In this document: positions 1-8,400 of the stretch, piece after piece
How the letters are laid out: each line of letters opens with the position of its first letter
Position numbering within the stretch: position 1 is the first letter of the stretch
Source of the DNA: Polyangiaceae bacterium
Lineage (GTDB): Bacteria; Myxococcota_A; Polyangia; Polyangiales; Polyangiaceae
Assembly: GCA_033763455.1 (NCBI GenBank)
Contig: JANRKO010000012.1
Span: 1-26,152 of the forward strand
Direction of reading: 5' to 3'
Length of the DNA: 26,152 bases
Made by a program: the position numbers and the translations under genes
The notes under the pieces: model-generated
The model's database searches: none
What the model was told of the DNA's origin: nothing
Seen by the model: only the letters and a program-made list of their open reading frames with translations

Positions 1-102
1 TACATCGAGAACTACTACAACGCGAAGCGGCGCCATTCGGCCGCAGGAAACCAATCCCCCATCAACTTCGAGCTGGCGTATTCCGCTCAGCTTGCGGCAT
101 AA
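1..102 (+). CDS. IS3-family transposase, C-terminal fragment (runs off window start)
   Basis: Frame 1 reads YIENYYNAKRRHSAAGNQSPINFELAYSAQLAA*, matching the IS3 OrfB C-terminal YI..YN..R.HS.LG..SP..FE motif; TAA at 100-102. Confidence 0.88.
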   Translation, partial: YIENYYNAKRRHSAAGNQSPINFELAYSAQLAA

Positions 103-141
103 TCACATCAACAATCTGTCCGGAAAATCCGGGAAACTCCA
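1..141 (+). mobile_element. Right end of IS3-family element; terminal IR about 116-141
   Basis: CTGTCCGGAAAATCCGGGAAACTCCA follows the transposase stop and ends in CA, typical of IS3 right ends. The left IR is outside the window, so pairing cannot be checked. Confidence 0.75.
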
Positions 142-738
142 AAGGCCGCTCGCGTCGCCTTTTGGAGAGAAGCTGACTTCTGGAGAGAAGTTGAGCCGCT
201 GCGGGAGGACTCCTACTTGCAGTTCGTTCTGGGCGCAAGTTTCAGATTGGAGGATGCCGCGGCGAGTGGTGTCGGATATTTGTCCGTAGCGTGTGGCCTG
301 ATACTCCTTCAGGGGCGCCACTGGTCTCGGAGGCGAAAAATCGTTGCGGGGTTCGCGGCCTACGTGACCGCCTTCGGGGTCGCGCGTGTCAGCTTGTGGG
401 CGTTCGGTGCCCTTCCAGCAATCGGTCTCATATTCGTCTCCAGAGCAGGCGCGTGTGTGTTCTATGGTTGCCTCTGGTGGCTATCTTGCCCTGGCGCATG
501 GCGCCTCGCGATGACGCTGATAGCCGCGTCGGCTCTTGGATATCTGTCGGCCCTCATTCCACTCCCCCACAGCTTGAGCGATTTTGTGCACTCGGCGTTC
601 GGTGGTAGGGTGCTCTTCCTTGGGATTTTTAACTTTACCGGTCTGTATTTCCAGCTTGGTCTCTTGTGCGTGGCGTTCGTTGCGGGAAGAGCGTTACTAA
701 GGCGCCTTCGTCGTTCGCGGGACGCGGCTGCCGGGTAG
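142..738 (+). pseudogene. Multi-pass membrane protein, probably 5'-truncated by the IS3 insertion
   Basis: ORF 217..738 has several hydrophobic segments but only a TTG start. The frame is open back through the IS boundary (KAARVAFWREADFWREVEPLREDSYLQF...). Confidence 0.5.
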
Positions 739-804
739 CGGCGAGTTTTGCTGGTCAGTTTGTAGCTTGAACGAGCAAGCCTAGGATGCCCTCATCGTGT
801 TATT

Positions 805-2727
805 TTAGCCCTTCTCGCCCCCAAGCGCTAGCGCGGCTGCCTCCCGCACGTGCGGGTTCACGTCACTTTTCGCGATTTCTTTGAGAGCCGGAAGTAGCTC
901 CGGATGGCTGGGCAGCCACTTTTGGATGAGGCCGACTGCTCTTAGGCGGGTGGCAGGTTTTTCGGCATTCGCGGCTCCTTCTGCGAGCGCTTTGACGAGA
1001 AGAGCGGTGGGCTCGCGAACGATCATGGCGTCCATCGCAGCAAGCTGAGCTTCAGGGTTGTTCCCCTTGAACTGCTCGGCGAGGAGCTGTTCCACGGCTT
1101 CTCCCGGCATCAGTCGAATGGCGTCAACTGCGGCCGCCCTTACTTTGGTTACGGATGAATTGAGCCAGGGCTTCACGGCGGGAAGTGCGGCGGAGTCGGC
1201 AGAATTCGCGATCGCACGCAGCACGTGCACTTGATGCGATGGGGATTCAGCATTGCCGAGGAGCTCCACCAACAGCCCCACGATCGCGCTAGCTTCGTTG
1301 CTTTTACCAGCTTCTCTCAGATGTCGACTCATGGTGCCCAGGCCGTAAAGGGCATGAACCATGAGTGGTCCCCCATTTGTGTGTGCCTTAAGCGCCTCGA
1401 GCGTGTCCGGGGTTGGCGCGGCCGTTCGTATGAGACTAAATGCAGCAGCGCGACGTAATTGCTCGCTGAGCTTTTCGTCATTCATGACAGACACGAGCGC
1501 CTGTTGGGCTTGGGCGCTGCCAGCAGAGCCCAGGGCATCGAGCAACAGGTTCGATGCCCTGGAGCTCGCGCGGACGCGCTGCTCGGCTTGAGCCACGAGG
1601 GAGGGCTGACTCCTTAAGAGCGCGGTCATGGCGGAGAACGCAGCGCTCTCCGCTTGCACGCTTGCTTTAGCGCTTGTCGGATCATCTTTCGTGGAAGCGC
1701 CGTGGGTCCGAGCTTCAGCTTCGAGTGCGCCGAGGGCGGAGGCAAAGGTGAATGAGCCAATGCGCGCGCGATCAAACGAGTCCGTCGAGGCTGATCCTGC
1801 TTGCCGTGGATTGAGGGGAGCAGTTGCGGCGAGCTCGGAAACCCAGTCCTTAGCCGTTTGGGTGGGCTCGCGATTCAGCAAGCTCCACTGCAAGCTCGTG
1901 TTTGAATGAACCGTTGCGTTTGGTCCCATCGAAGTCTTTAAATGCTCGCGGTACTCGACGTTCAGCAAATCTTTGGTTAGCCCAGAGCCGCTCGCCGAGC
2001 CAAAACTTAGCGACCCTTCGGAGCTCTCAACAAGAGTAGAGAGCTCGGTGCCAATGCCTGGGAGCGAGGTGCTACCTAACTTCGTCGCGCCGTAGCTTTG
2101 CTTGGTGCGCCGAAGCTGATCTGGGCTTTTGCCCACTACGTATTCGATCTGGTAGGGCCCCGTGCCGTCGATTTCCTCGGTGGCCCAGCGAAGCGCGCCA
2201 GGTTTTGTGGGGCCCGAGAATTGAAACGCCGCAGCAATCGTATGCAGGATACTTGTGGCGAATCGTGATGTGCCGGCTCTCCCCCGAACCTCCCGAAGCC
2301 TACCTGCCGTTAGTGTGAAGAAGAACGGCGCTTTAAGCTCGGTTGCCAATTGATCGAACTGGCCATCGGCCCCGCCACTGCCCTTAATGAACTTTGGCTG
2401 GATTAAACGGACGGAGAATTGAAGGGATTTGTCCGGCAATTCCCGAATATCGAGTTTGGCATCGCTCGCCAAATCAAATTCAACCATCGGTGTTTGTTCG
2501 CCAATGCTCAGGCTGCTCGCGAGCTTTAACCTGTACGTATACGCTTGATTGAGCAGCCACTTGGGTCCAACGTTTGCGTTGGCGTCAGTGCTCTGCGCTG
2601 CCGACGCCGTCCCCGCATCCGCAACCACATCGTGCCCCCGCTGTGCGTTGTCGCACGCCGCGGCCCCAAACAAAGCCAGCACCGGCATCACTCGCTTCAG
2701 GCTCGCCGCGCACCCCATGTGATTCAT
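805..2727 (-). CDS. Lipoprotein with vitellogenin/MTP-like N-terminal (LLT) beta-barrel and alpha-helical HEAT-like domain
   Basis: Lipobox-like LFGAAA-C. Motifs ELKAPFFFTLTAGRLREV...SILHTIAAAFQ, EEIDGTGPYQIEY, LRRTK, LLLDALGSAGS, VLRAIANSA and VRAAAVDAIR parallel Vitellogenin_N motifs in order. Start uncertain (ORF open to 2814; ATG at 2727 chosen). Confidence 0.72.
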   Translation of the reverse strand: MNHMGCAASLKRVMPVLALFGAAACDNAQRGHDVVADAGTASAAQSTDANANVGPKWLLNQAYTYRLKLASSLSIGEQTPMVEFDLASDAKLDIRELPDKSLQFSVRLIQPKFIKGSGGADGQFDQLATELKAPFFFTLTAGRLREVRGRAGTSRFATSILHTIAAAFQFSGPTKPGALRWATEEIDGTGPYQIEYVVGKSPDQLRRTKQSYGATKLGSTSLPGIGTELSTLVESSEGSLSFGSASGSGLTKDLLNVEYREHLKTSMGPNATVHSNTSLQWSLLNREPTQTAKDWVSELAATAPLNPRQAGSASTDSFDRARIGSFTFASALGALEAEARTHGASTKDDPTSAKASVQAESAAFSAMTALLRSQPSLVAQAEQRVRASSRASNLLLDALGSAGSAQAQQALVSVMNDEKLSEQLRRAAAFSLIRTAAPTPDTLEALKAHTNGGPLMVHALYGLGTMSRHLREAGKSNEASAIVGLLVELLGNAESPSHQVHVLRAIANSADSAALPAVKPWLNSSVTKVRAAAVDAIRLMPGEAVEQLLAEQFKGNNPEAQLAAMDAMIVREPTALLVKALAEGAANAEKPATRLRAVGLIQKWLPSHPELLPALKEIAKSDVNPHVREAAALALGGEKG

Positions 2728-2819
2728 AGCAGGAGGCCATAGTGGGTCCATTGCTGCAAATCCAGAGCAGGGTAGCCGCGTAAGAACTGCCACCTCTGGA
2801 AAGAGCCGCCACAATGGCC

Positions 2820-2825
2820 TAGGCT
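2820..2825 (+). promoter_or_regulatory. Putative -10 element (TAGGCT) of a leaderless transcript
   Basis: TAnnnT lies 6 nt before ATG 2832 with no SD; the same spacing recurs in the paralog (TAGGGT 4505-4510, ATG 4517). Confidence 0.4.
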
Positions 2826-2831
2826 GCCGCC

Positions 2832-3527
2832 ATGACGCGACTTACTCTTCTCGGTTTGCTTCTAACGGTTTCTGCGTGCAGCGATGGGGGAGGAACGGGC
2901 ACTCCGATGGGGAGTTCGGGGGGTACGATGGGAACAACGGGAGGCAAGGGAAGCGGCGGGAGCGGAGCTAGCTCCATGGGAGGCAAAGTGGGCTCGGGGG
3001 GTGCAACGGGTTCGGGGGGGTTAAGCGGTGCAGCGCGGGGAGCTGTGTCGATACACATCATTGAGACGCCGGGGTGCTCGCTGATGGATCAGTATCAGGA
3101 TTTTCCGATAGTTCCCGGCGGGAGACCTGTGACGGCGGCGGGGGTGACGAAAATGCTGGAGCACGGAACGGTGGTGAATGGAAAGGAGGTGAGGGTGGCA
3201 TGTTCGATTCGAGGAGCGGCTCCACCGTACCAGGTTTTAGGGCAGATTCGGACGGGGGTAGGCGCGGAACCACGGCTAGTTGATCTCGGTGCGCTCCTAT
3301 CGGTGGGAATTCCAGGGGTCGACTCGTTGGTACTGGCGGTCCCGGACCTTCCAGATTCCTATGCGGGAGCTGCTCCCGAGGGCTGTACCTATACAGCCAC
3401 AGAGCTGGATCCCGCAGCGGGCCGTGTTGTGGGTTCTTTCGTATGTGGGACACTTCAAGGTCAGACCTCCAAGGATCCGTGCAAGGTTGGGGAAAGCTAC
3501 TTCGCCTTCGAGAACTGCTCGCGCTAG
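2832..3527 (+). CDS. Lipoprotein A1: Gly/Ser/Thr linker + six-Cys domain, unknown function
   Basis: MTRLTLLGLLLTVSA-C lipobox, GST-rich tether, clear paralog at 4517..5194. Confidence 0.85.
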   Translation: MTRLTLLGLLLTVSACSDGGGTGTPMGSSGGTMGTTGGKGSGGSGASSMGGKVGSGGATGSGGLSGAARGAVSIHIIETPGCSLMDQYQDFPIVPGGRPVTAAGVTKMLEHGTVVNGKEVRVACSIRGAAPPYQVLGQIRTGVGAEPRLVDLGALLSVGIPGVDSLVLAVPDLPDSYAGAAPEGCTYTATELDPAAGRVVGSFVCGTLQGQTSKDPCKVGESYFAFENCSR

Positions 3528-3546
3528 CCTCCGAGGAAGTCGGTGG

Positions 3547-3562
3547 CGTGACTTTTGTCACA
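3547..3562. promoter_or_regulatory. CRP/FNR-like palindrome CGTGA-N6-TCACA
   Basis: CGTGACTTTTGTCACA is 9/10 to TGTGA-N6-TCACA; the TTGTCACAC half is retained in the second copy at 5225-5233. Confidence 0.35.
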
Positions 3563-3679
3563 CACCGGAAACTGAGCCGTCGTTTTCTTGCGGCCGGGTG
3601 GGGAAACCAAGGGTTGCAGAGCTAGGAGCTGAAATGGTACTGCGAGGCAACTCCGGGCCGGATGCGTGGAGGGGAGTCC

Positions 3680-4507
3680 ATGGAGATGCGCAAAGTTCGG
3701 TTACTGGTTCTGGCAGCAAGTTGGGTGGGGTTGCTCTTGGGGGCCTGCAGTAGCGGGCCAGAAGAGTCGCGGCACATCACGCAGGGAGCTAGTCTCACCG
3801 AGGGTCAGAAGAAGCTTGTGCCTGTGCTGGAGTGCGTACGGCCAATTCCGCAGGGGTTTGCTGCACAATTCGGGTACGAGAATACGAGTGGGGTGGCTCA
3901 GGATTTGGTGGTGGGGGTTAACAACGGCTTTGGTTTGCCCGAGCCGGAGGATGATCAGGGGCAGCCGACACGGTTCGCCGCGGGGCGCCAGCGGAACGTC
4001 TTTCAGGTTCCTTTCACCAATTCGCTGACGTGGACGCTGGGTCAATCTACCGCTACGGCGACGCCATTAAGTACACGTTGCGGCTCTTCGCTACCACCCC
4101 CGCGGGAAACGTTTGAGTTTCATGTGCCGCAGGGTGTAGCGCTAGCAAGCGTTGTTTTGGGTCAGGAAGAGAGCCTGATACTTCAAGCGGATAGTCGCGT
4201 GCTGCCAGGAAGCACAGGCTTCTTCACTACGGCGTTCGGCGATGTCACTGTCGGGAGTCGGGTGCAGCTGGGCAGCTTGGTCGGTAAAGGCGCCGTTACG
4301 CTTGGAAGAAGTAGCGTTGTCGCGGGCGATCTCCGCTCGGAGGGAGAGCCGGAGCTCCGAAGCGGAGCTGTAGTCCGAGGCCTTCGCACGATTGGACCTG
4401 TGCTGCGCAACAAGGTGAGCTTCAGCCTTGAAAAGCGGCTTGGAAGTTCGGGGTATGTGGGTGTTGGCGGGTTGGAAGCACTGGAAACCAGCGCCCTGGT
4501 GGCCTAG
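3680..4507 (+). CDS. Lipoprotein B1: C-terminally truncated paralog of the N-terminus of B2 (possible pseudogene)
   Basis: GGAGG SD at 3668-3672, lipobox LLGA-C. Aligns with B2 until GYVGV, then reads into the gene-A2 upstream region and stops. Confidence 0.75.
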   Translation: MEMRKVRLLVLAASWVGLLLGACSSGPEESRHITQGASLTEGQKKLVPVLECVRPIPQGFAAQFGYENTSGVAQDLVVGVNNGFGLPEPEDDQGQPTRFAAGRQRNVFQVPFTNSLTWTLGQSTATATPLSTRCGSSLPPPRETFEFHVPQGVALASVVLGQEESLILQADSRVLPGSTGFFTTAFGDVTVGSRVQLGSLVGKGAVTLGRSSVVAGDLRSEGEPELRSGAVVRGLRTIGPVLRNKVSFSLEKRLGSSGYVGVGGLEALETSALVA

Positions 4508-4516
4508 GGTGGGGTG

Positions 4517-5194
4517 ATGACGCGAGTTGTGGTTCTTGGTTTGCTATTAACTGTTTCAGCGTGCAGCGATGGGGGAGGAACGAGCACTCCGATGGGGAGC
4601 ACTGGGGGCACGCACGGGACAACTGGAGGCAAGGGTGGCAACACCACGGGGGGTCAGGTGGGCAGCGGTGGTGCAACGGGCACAGGCGGGACAACAGGGG
4701 CAGCGCGGGGAGCTGTGTCCTTGCATATCATTGAGACGCAGGGGTGCTCGTTGATGGATCAATATCAGGATTTTCCGATAGTTCCTGGCGGGAGACCTGT
4801 GACGGCGTCGGGGACGACTAAGATGCTACAGGATGGAACGGTCGAGAATGGGCAGGAGGTGCATCTTGAGTGCTCGATTCAGGGCACCGCCGCGCCATAC
4901 ACGTTTTTTGCCTCGGTTCAGGTCGGCATCGCAAATAGCCGGTTGATTCAGCTCCAGGGTCAAGTTTCTATTGGCTCAACTAATCCTGGGCAGTTCATTA
5001 TTTCCACGCCCGACCTCCCGGAAACGTACGGCTCCGCCCTTCCGGATCTCTGCACATTTACCGCGACGGAAGTTGATGCTAGCGCCTCAAAAGTAGGGGG
5101 TCACTTCCTGTGCGGGACAGTCGAGGGCAACACTTCCAAGGAGAAGTGCAAAGCCGGCGAAAGCTACTTCGTGTTCGAGAATTGCTCCAAGTAG
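4517..5194 (+). CDS. Lipoprotein A2, paralog of A1
   Basis: MTRVVVLGLLLTVSA-C; shares GCSLMDQYQDFPIVPGGRPVT and ESYF.FENCS with A1. Start set at 4517 by alignment. Confidence 0.87.
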   Translation: MTRVVVLGLLLTVSACSDGGGTSTPMGSTGGTHGTTGGKGGNTTGGQVGSGGATGTGGTTGAARGAVSLHIIETQGCSLMDQYQDFPIVPGGRPVTASGTTKMLQDGTVENGQEVHLECSIQGTAAPYTFFASVQVGIANSRLIQLQGQVSIGSTNPGQFIISTPDLPETYGSALPDLCTFTATEVDASASKVGGHFLCGTVEGNTSKEKCKAGESYFVFENCSK

Positions 5195-5416
5195 CGTTCG
5201 CGGAAGCGCTCGGCGCGTTACCTCTTGTCACACGCCCGAAACCTCACCGTCGGCGCACGCCAACGTGCCAGGCACGCTTGTTCAGCCGCACGCGTGAACT
5301 CAGTTCTGTATCGCCGAACGGACAGCAATCGAGGTAAACCAAGGGTTGTCTCAGACGATCGGCTATGTTACGGCATGTTAACTCCGGGCCGGGTGCGTGG
5401 AGGGGAGCGCTTGGAA

Positions 5417-8400
5417 ATGAGCAGGGTTCGGTTACTGATTCTGGTGGTGAGTTGGGCGGGGTTGATTTTGGGCGCATGCAGTAGCCCACCGGAACCGTCC
5501 AATCACGTCGCGCAGGGGGTGAGCCTCACCGAGGGTCAGAAGAAGCTAGCCCCTGTGCTGGAGTGTGTGCGTCCAATTCCGCAAGGTTTTGCTGCGCAGT
5601 TCGGGTACGAAAACACGAGCGGAACGGTTCAGGATCTCGTTGTGGGCCCAAACAACGGCTTTGGGCTTCCCGAGCCGGAGGACGACCAGGGGCAGCCCAT
5701 TCGGTTCGCTCCAGGGCGCCAGCGGAATGTTTTTCAGGTTCCTTTCGTCACTTCGCTGACGTGGACGCTCGGCCAGGCCACTGCGACGGCTTCGGCCACG
5801 AGCGCGCCTTGCGGATCTTCATTGCCTCCCCCGCGGGAAACCTTTGAGTTTCATGTGCCTCAAGGCGTCGCGCTGGAGAGCATCGTGGTTGGGCAAGAAG
5901 AGAACCTGCTACTCCAGTCAGATAGCCGCGTGTTACCTGCGACCGCAAAGTTTTTCACAACAGCCTTCGGTACTATTACGCTCCAAAGTCGTGTGCAGCT
6001 CGGCAGCCTCGTTGGGAAGGGGGCCGTGACGATTGGAAGAAGCAGCGTTGTGGCGGGCAACGTCCGTTCAGAGACGCCGCCGCAACGCCTCAGCGGAGCG
6101 GTAGTTCAAGGTACTACCACTGTTGGACCCGTCGTGCCGAACAAGGTGAGCTTCGGGTTGGAGAAGCGACTTGGGGGTGGGGGATACGTTGGCGTGACGA
6201 GCGCCAAGCCGGTGACTCTTCCACCAGGCTCCTACGGCAACGTCGAAGTGTTGAGCAATGGCGCGCTAACATTGCAGGCGGGCCGATACTATTTTGGATA
6301 TTTCCGGATCGCGGCAACCGGCACGGTCAACGTTCTACCTGGCGGCGGTTCCACAACCATCATGGTGGACCACGTCTTCAAAGCTCCCGGCAAATTTACT
6401 CAGCCCGAGGCCGCCAAAGGGCGCGTGCTGGTGCTTGTGGGGAGCCAGGCGGATGAGGCGGAGGCGGTGGTAGGCGGAGAGTTTGCTGCAACGCTGATTG
6501 CGCCGTACACGGACGCGCAAGTTCTGGCGAAGGCAAAGGTTACGGGAGGTATCTTCTCGAATGCCCTTCTCGTGGGCACGTCTGCGACGATCAACTTTCG
6601 GCCCTTTGAGTGGGCTGGCCTCTTGGGACACCTCACAGACACAGACGGCGACACCATCGACGACCGCCATGACGCTTGTGTTTTGAACCCCTCAAAGTCA
6701 TCGCCGTTGCTGTGCGGTTGCGCGAAGACCGAGGCAGATAGCGACGGAGACGGCACGCCAGACTGCTTGGATGCCTGTCCTCGCGATCCGAACAATACAG
6801 TGCCGGGTACCTGCGGCTGCGCAAACGAGAAGAGCTTGCAGCCTGCCGGCACGCCATGCGTGGTGGAAGCCTGCAGCGCCAGCCGACAAGAGGCCACCTG
6901 CAACAGCCAAGGTCAGTGCGGGGTGCCCAATTGTGCACCCGTTGCCGGTGGCAGCTGTACATTCAAGACCTTCCGAGACAGCCTGTATTGGTTCTGCAGC
7001 GGTGCGAAAACTTGGGACGAAGCGAATACTCTGTGCAACGCTGAACCAGGCCGCGCTCTCGCTAAGGTGAATGATCGGATTGAAAATCTCTGGATTTCAG
7101 GCGTTCGCAAGCAACCAACATGGCTTGGTGGTAACGCACGCACTAACCCGGACGAGTGGAACTGGGCAACCAACGGCGCCCCCTCAGGAGTTCCGTTTTG
7201 GGTTCGCGGGCTCCCCGTCCCAGGGCGCTTCGAAAATTGGAGCCCCGGGCGGCCCCAATTTGAAGCCTGCCTCACGCTGGCCGCCGATGGCACCTGGTCA
7301 GATGCACCCTGCGCGGAAGCACGCGGGTTTGTGTGCGAACAGCCGCTCCGGAACCTTGGTCCGAGTTTACCACCGCTCGACAAGTGCAAGTTTTATCCGG
7401 GAGTTGCATGCGGAGAGAAGGGGCCCACGTTGCCCGACGAATCGACCTGTGTTGAGCCAGCTGTGGCGCAGCTGCCGAACTCGCTTGCGGAGATGAGGGA
7501 CGCTGCGGCGGCGTGCTTTGCTTCGTGTCCGATCGAGGGCGGCCCCGGCTGTGGAGCCTGCTCGGGGTTTGCGGCGCCACCACCCATTGGCCCGGGGTGT
7601 GACCCATTCTCAACACAGGAAATAGCTCTTTGCAGGCTAACGTCGGTCGATCCCATCGCTAAGTGCTCGCTTCAGAATCCGGCGTGTCCTCCCGGCTTGC
7701 GTTGCGGCATCTGGTCCGAGTGCGCTGCGTTGGACCAAGCATTCAAACCGCGCGCGTGCGCGACCGATGCGGAATGCGGTGCCGGGCAATCTTGCGGAAC
7801 CGCATTGGGACTTTGTATCGATCCCGGTGCCCACGAGGTCTGTGACTACAAGGATGGGGAGCGGTGTGTTGGCATTTGTTCGAGTTCGTTCGCTTGCGGG
7901 CAGACGGATCCCCAATGCGCTGGGAACCCCGATGGCGCAAACGTATTGCGCTGTTCCGACACCCTCCTCTGCTCCGATCCAGCACCTCCCGTTAACACTG
8001 ACCCCCGCACAGATCCCCAATCCAACCTTACCCCGCAGATCTTCACGCCGGACACCTACTTCCCGAAACCCGTCGAGGCGCCTTCCGAGTACACGCCCGC
8101 CAAGCCGCCAGGTTGCGGCGGCGTTGGCGAACCTGCATGTGCGTTCGAAGTGGGAACCCATCCGTGGTGCAAATACAAGGTTGCAGCCGAGGAGAAGCCT
8201 CCACCGCGCGCTGTCTCAGACAAAGATCCCGCGTTCGGGGACAAGAAGGGAAGCAGCGGGAGCCTTGGCCCCATCAGCTTCGACTTCGACCCGAACCTTG
8301 AGCTCACACACGATGTGGATCCTCTCCCCCTCGGTGATGCGAAGTTCAAAGTGGGAGCGCAGGCCTCAGCTTCGGCAGCCGTAGGTTTCAAGCTTTTTGG

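Larger units (their letters stand above)
2796..6190 (+). repeat. Diverged tandem duplication: unit 1 about 2796-4465, unit 2 about 4481-6190
   Basis: Upstream motif, gene A, the intergenic motifs and the first ~260 codons of gene B align between units up to KRLG..GYVGV. Confidence 0.9.

Noticed and set aside
758..765. GTTTGTAG, reverse complement of part of the 29-bp repeat
   Set aside because: Only 8 nt with no flanking similarity; expected by chance.
5225..5410. N-terminal extension of the 1699-aa ORF
   Set aside because: Corresponds to non-coding DNA in the paralogous unit; the SD and lipobox place the start at 5411/5417.
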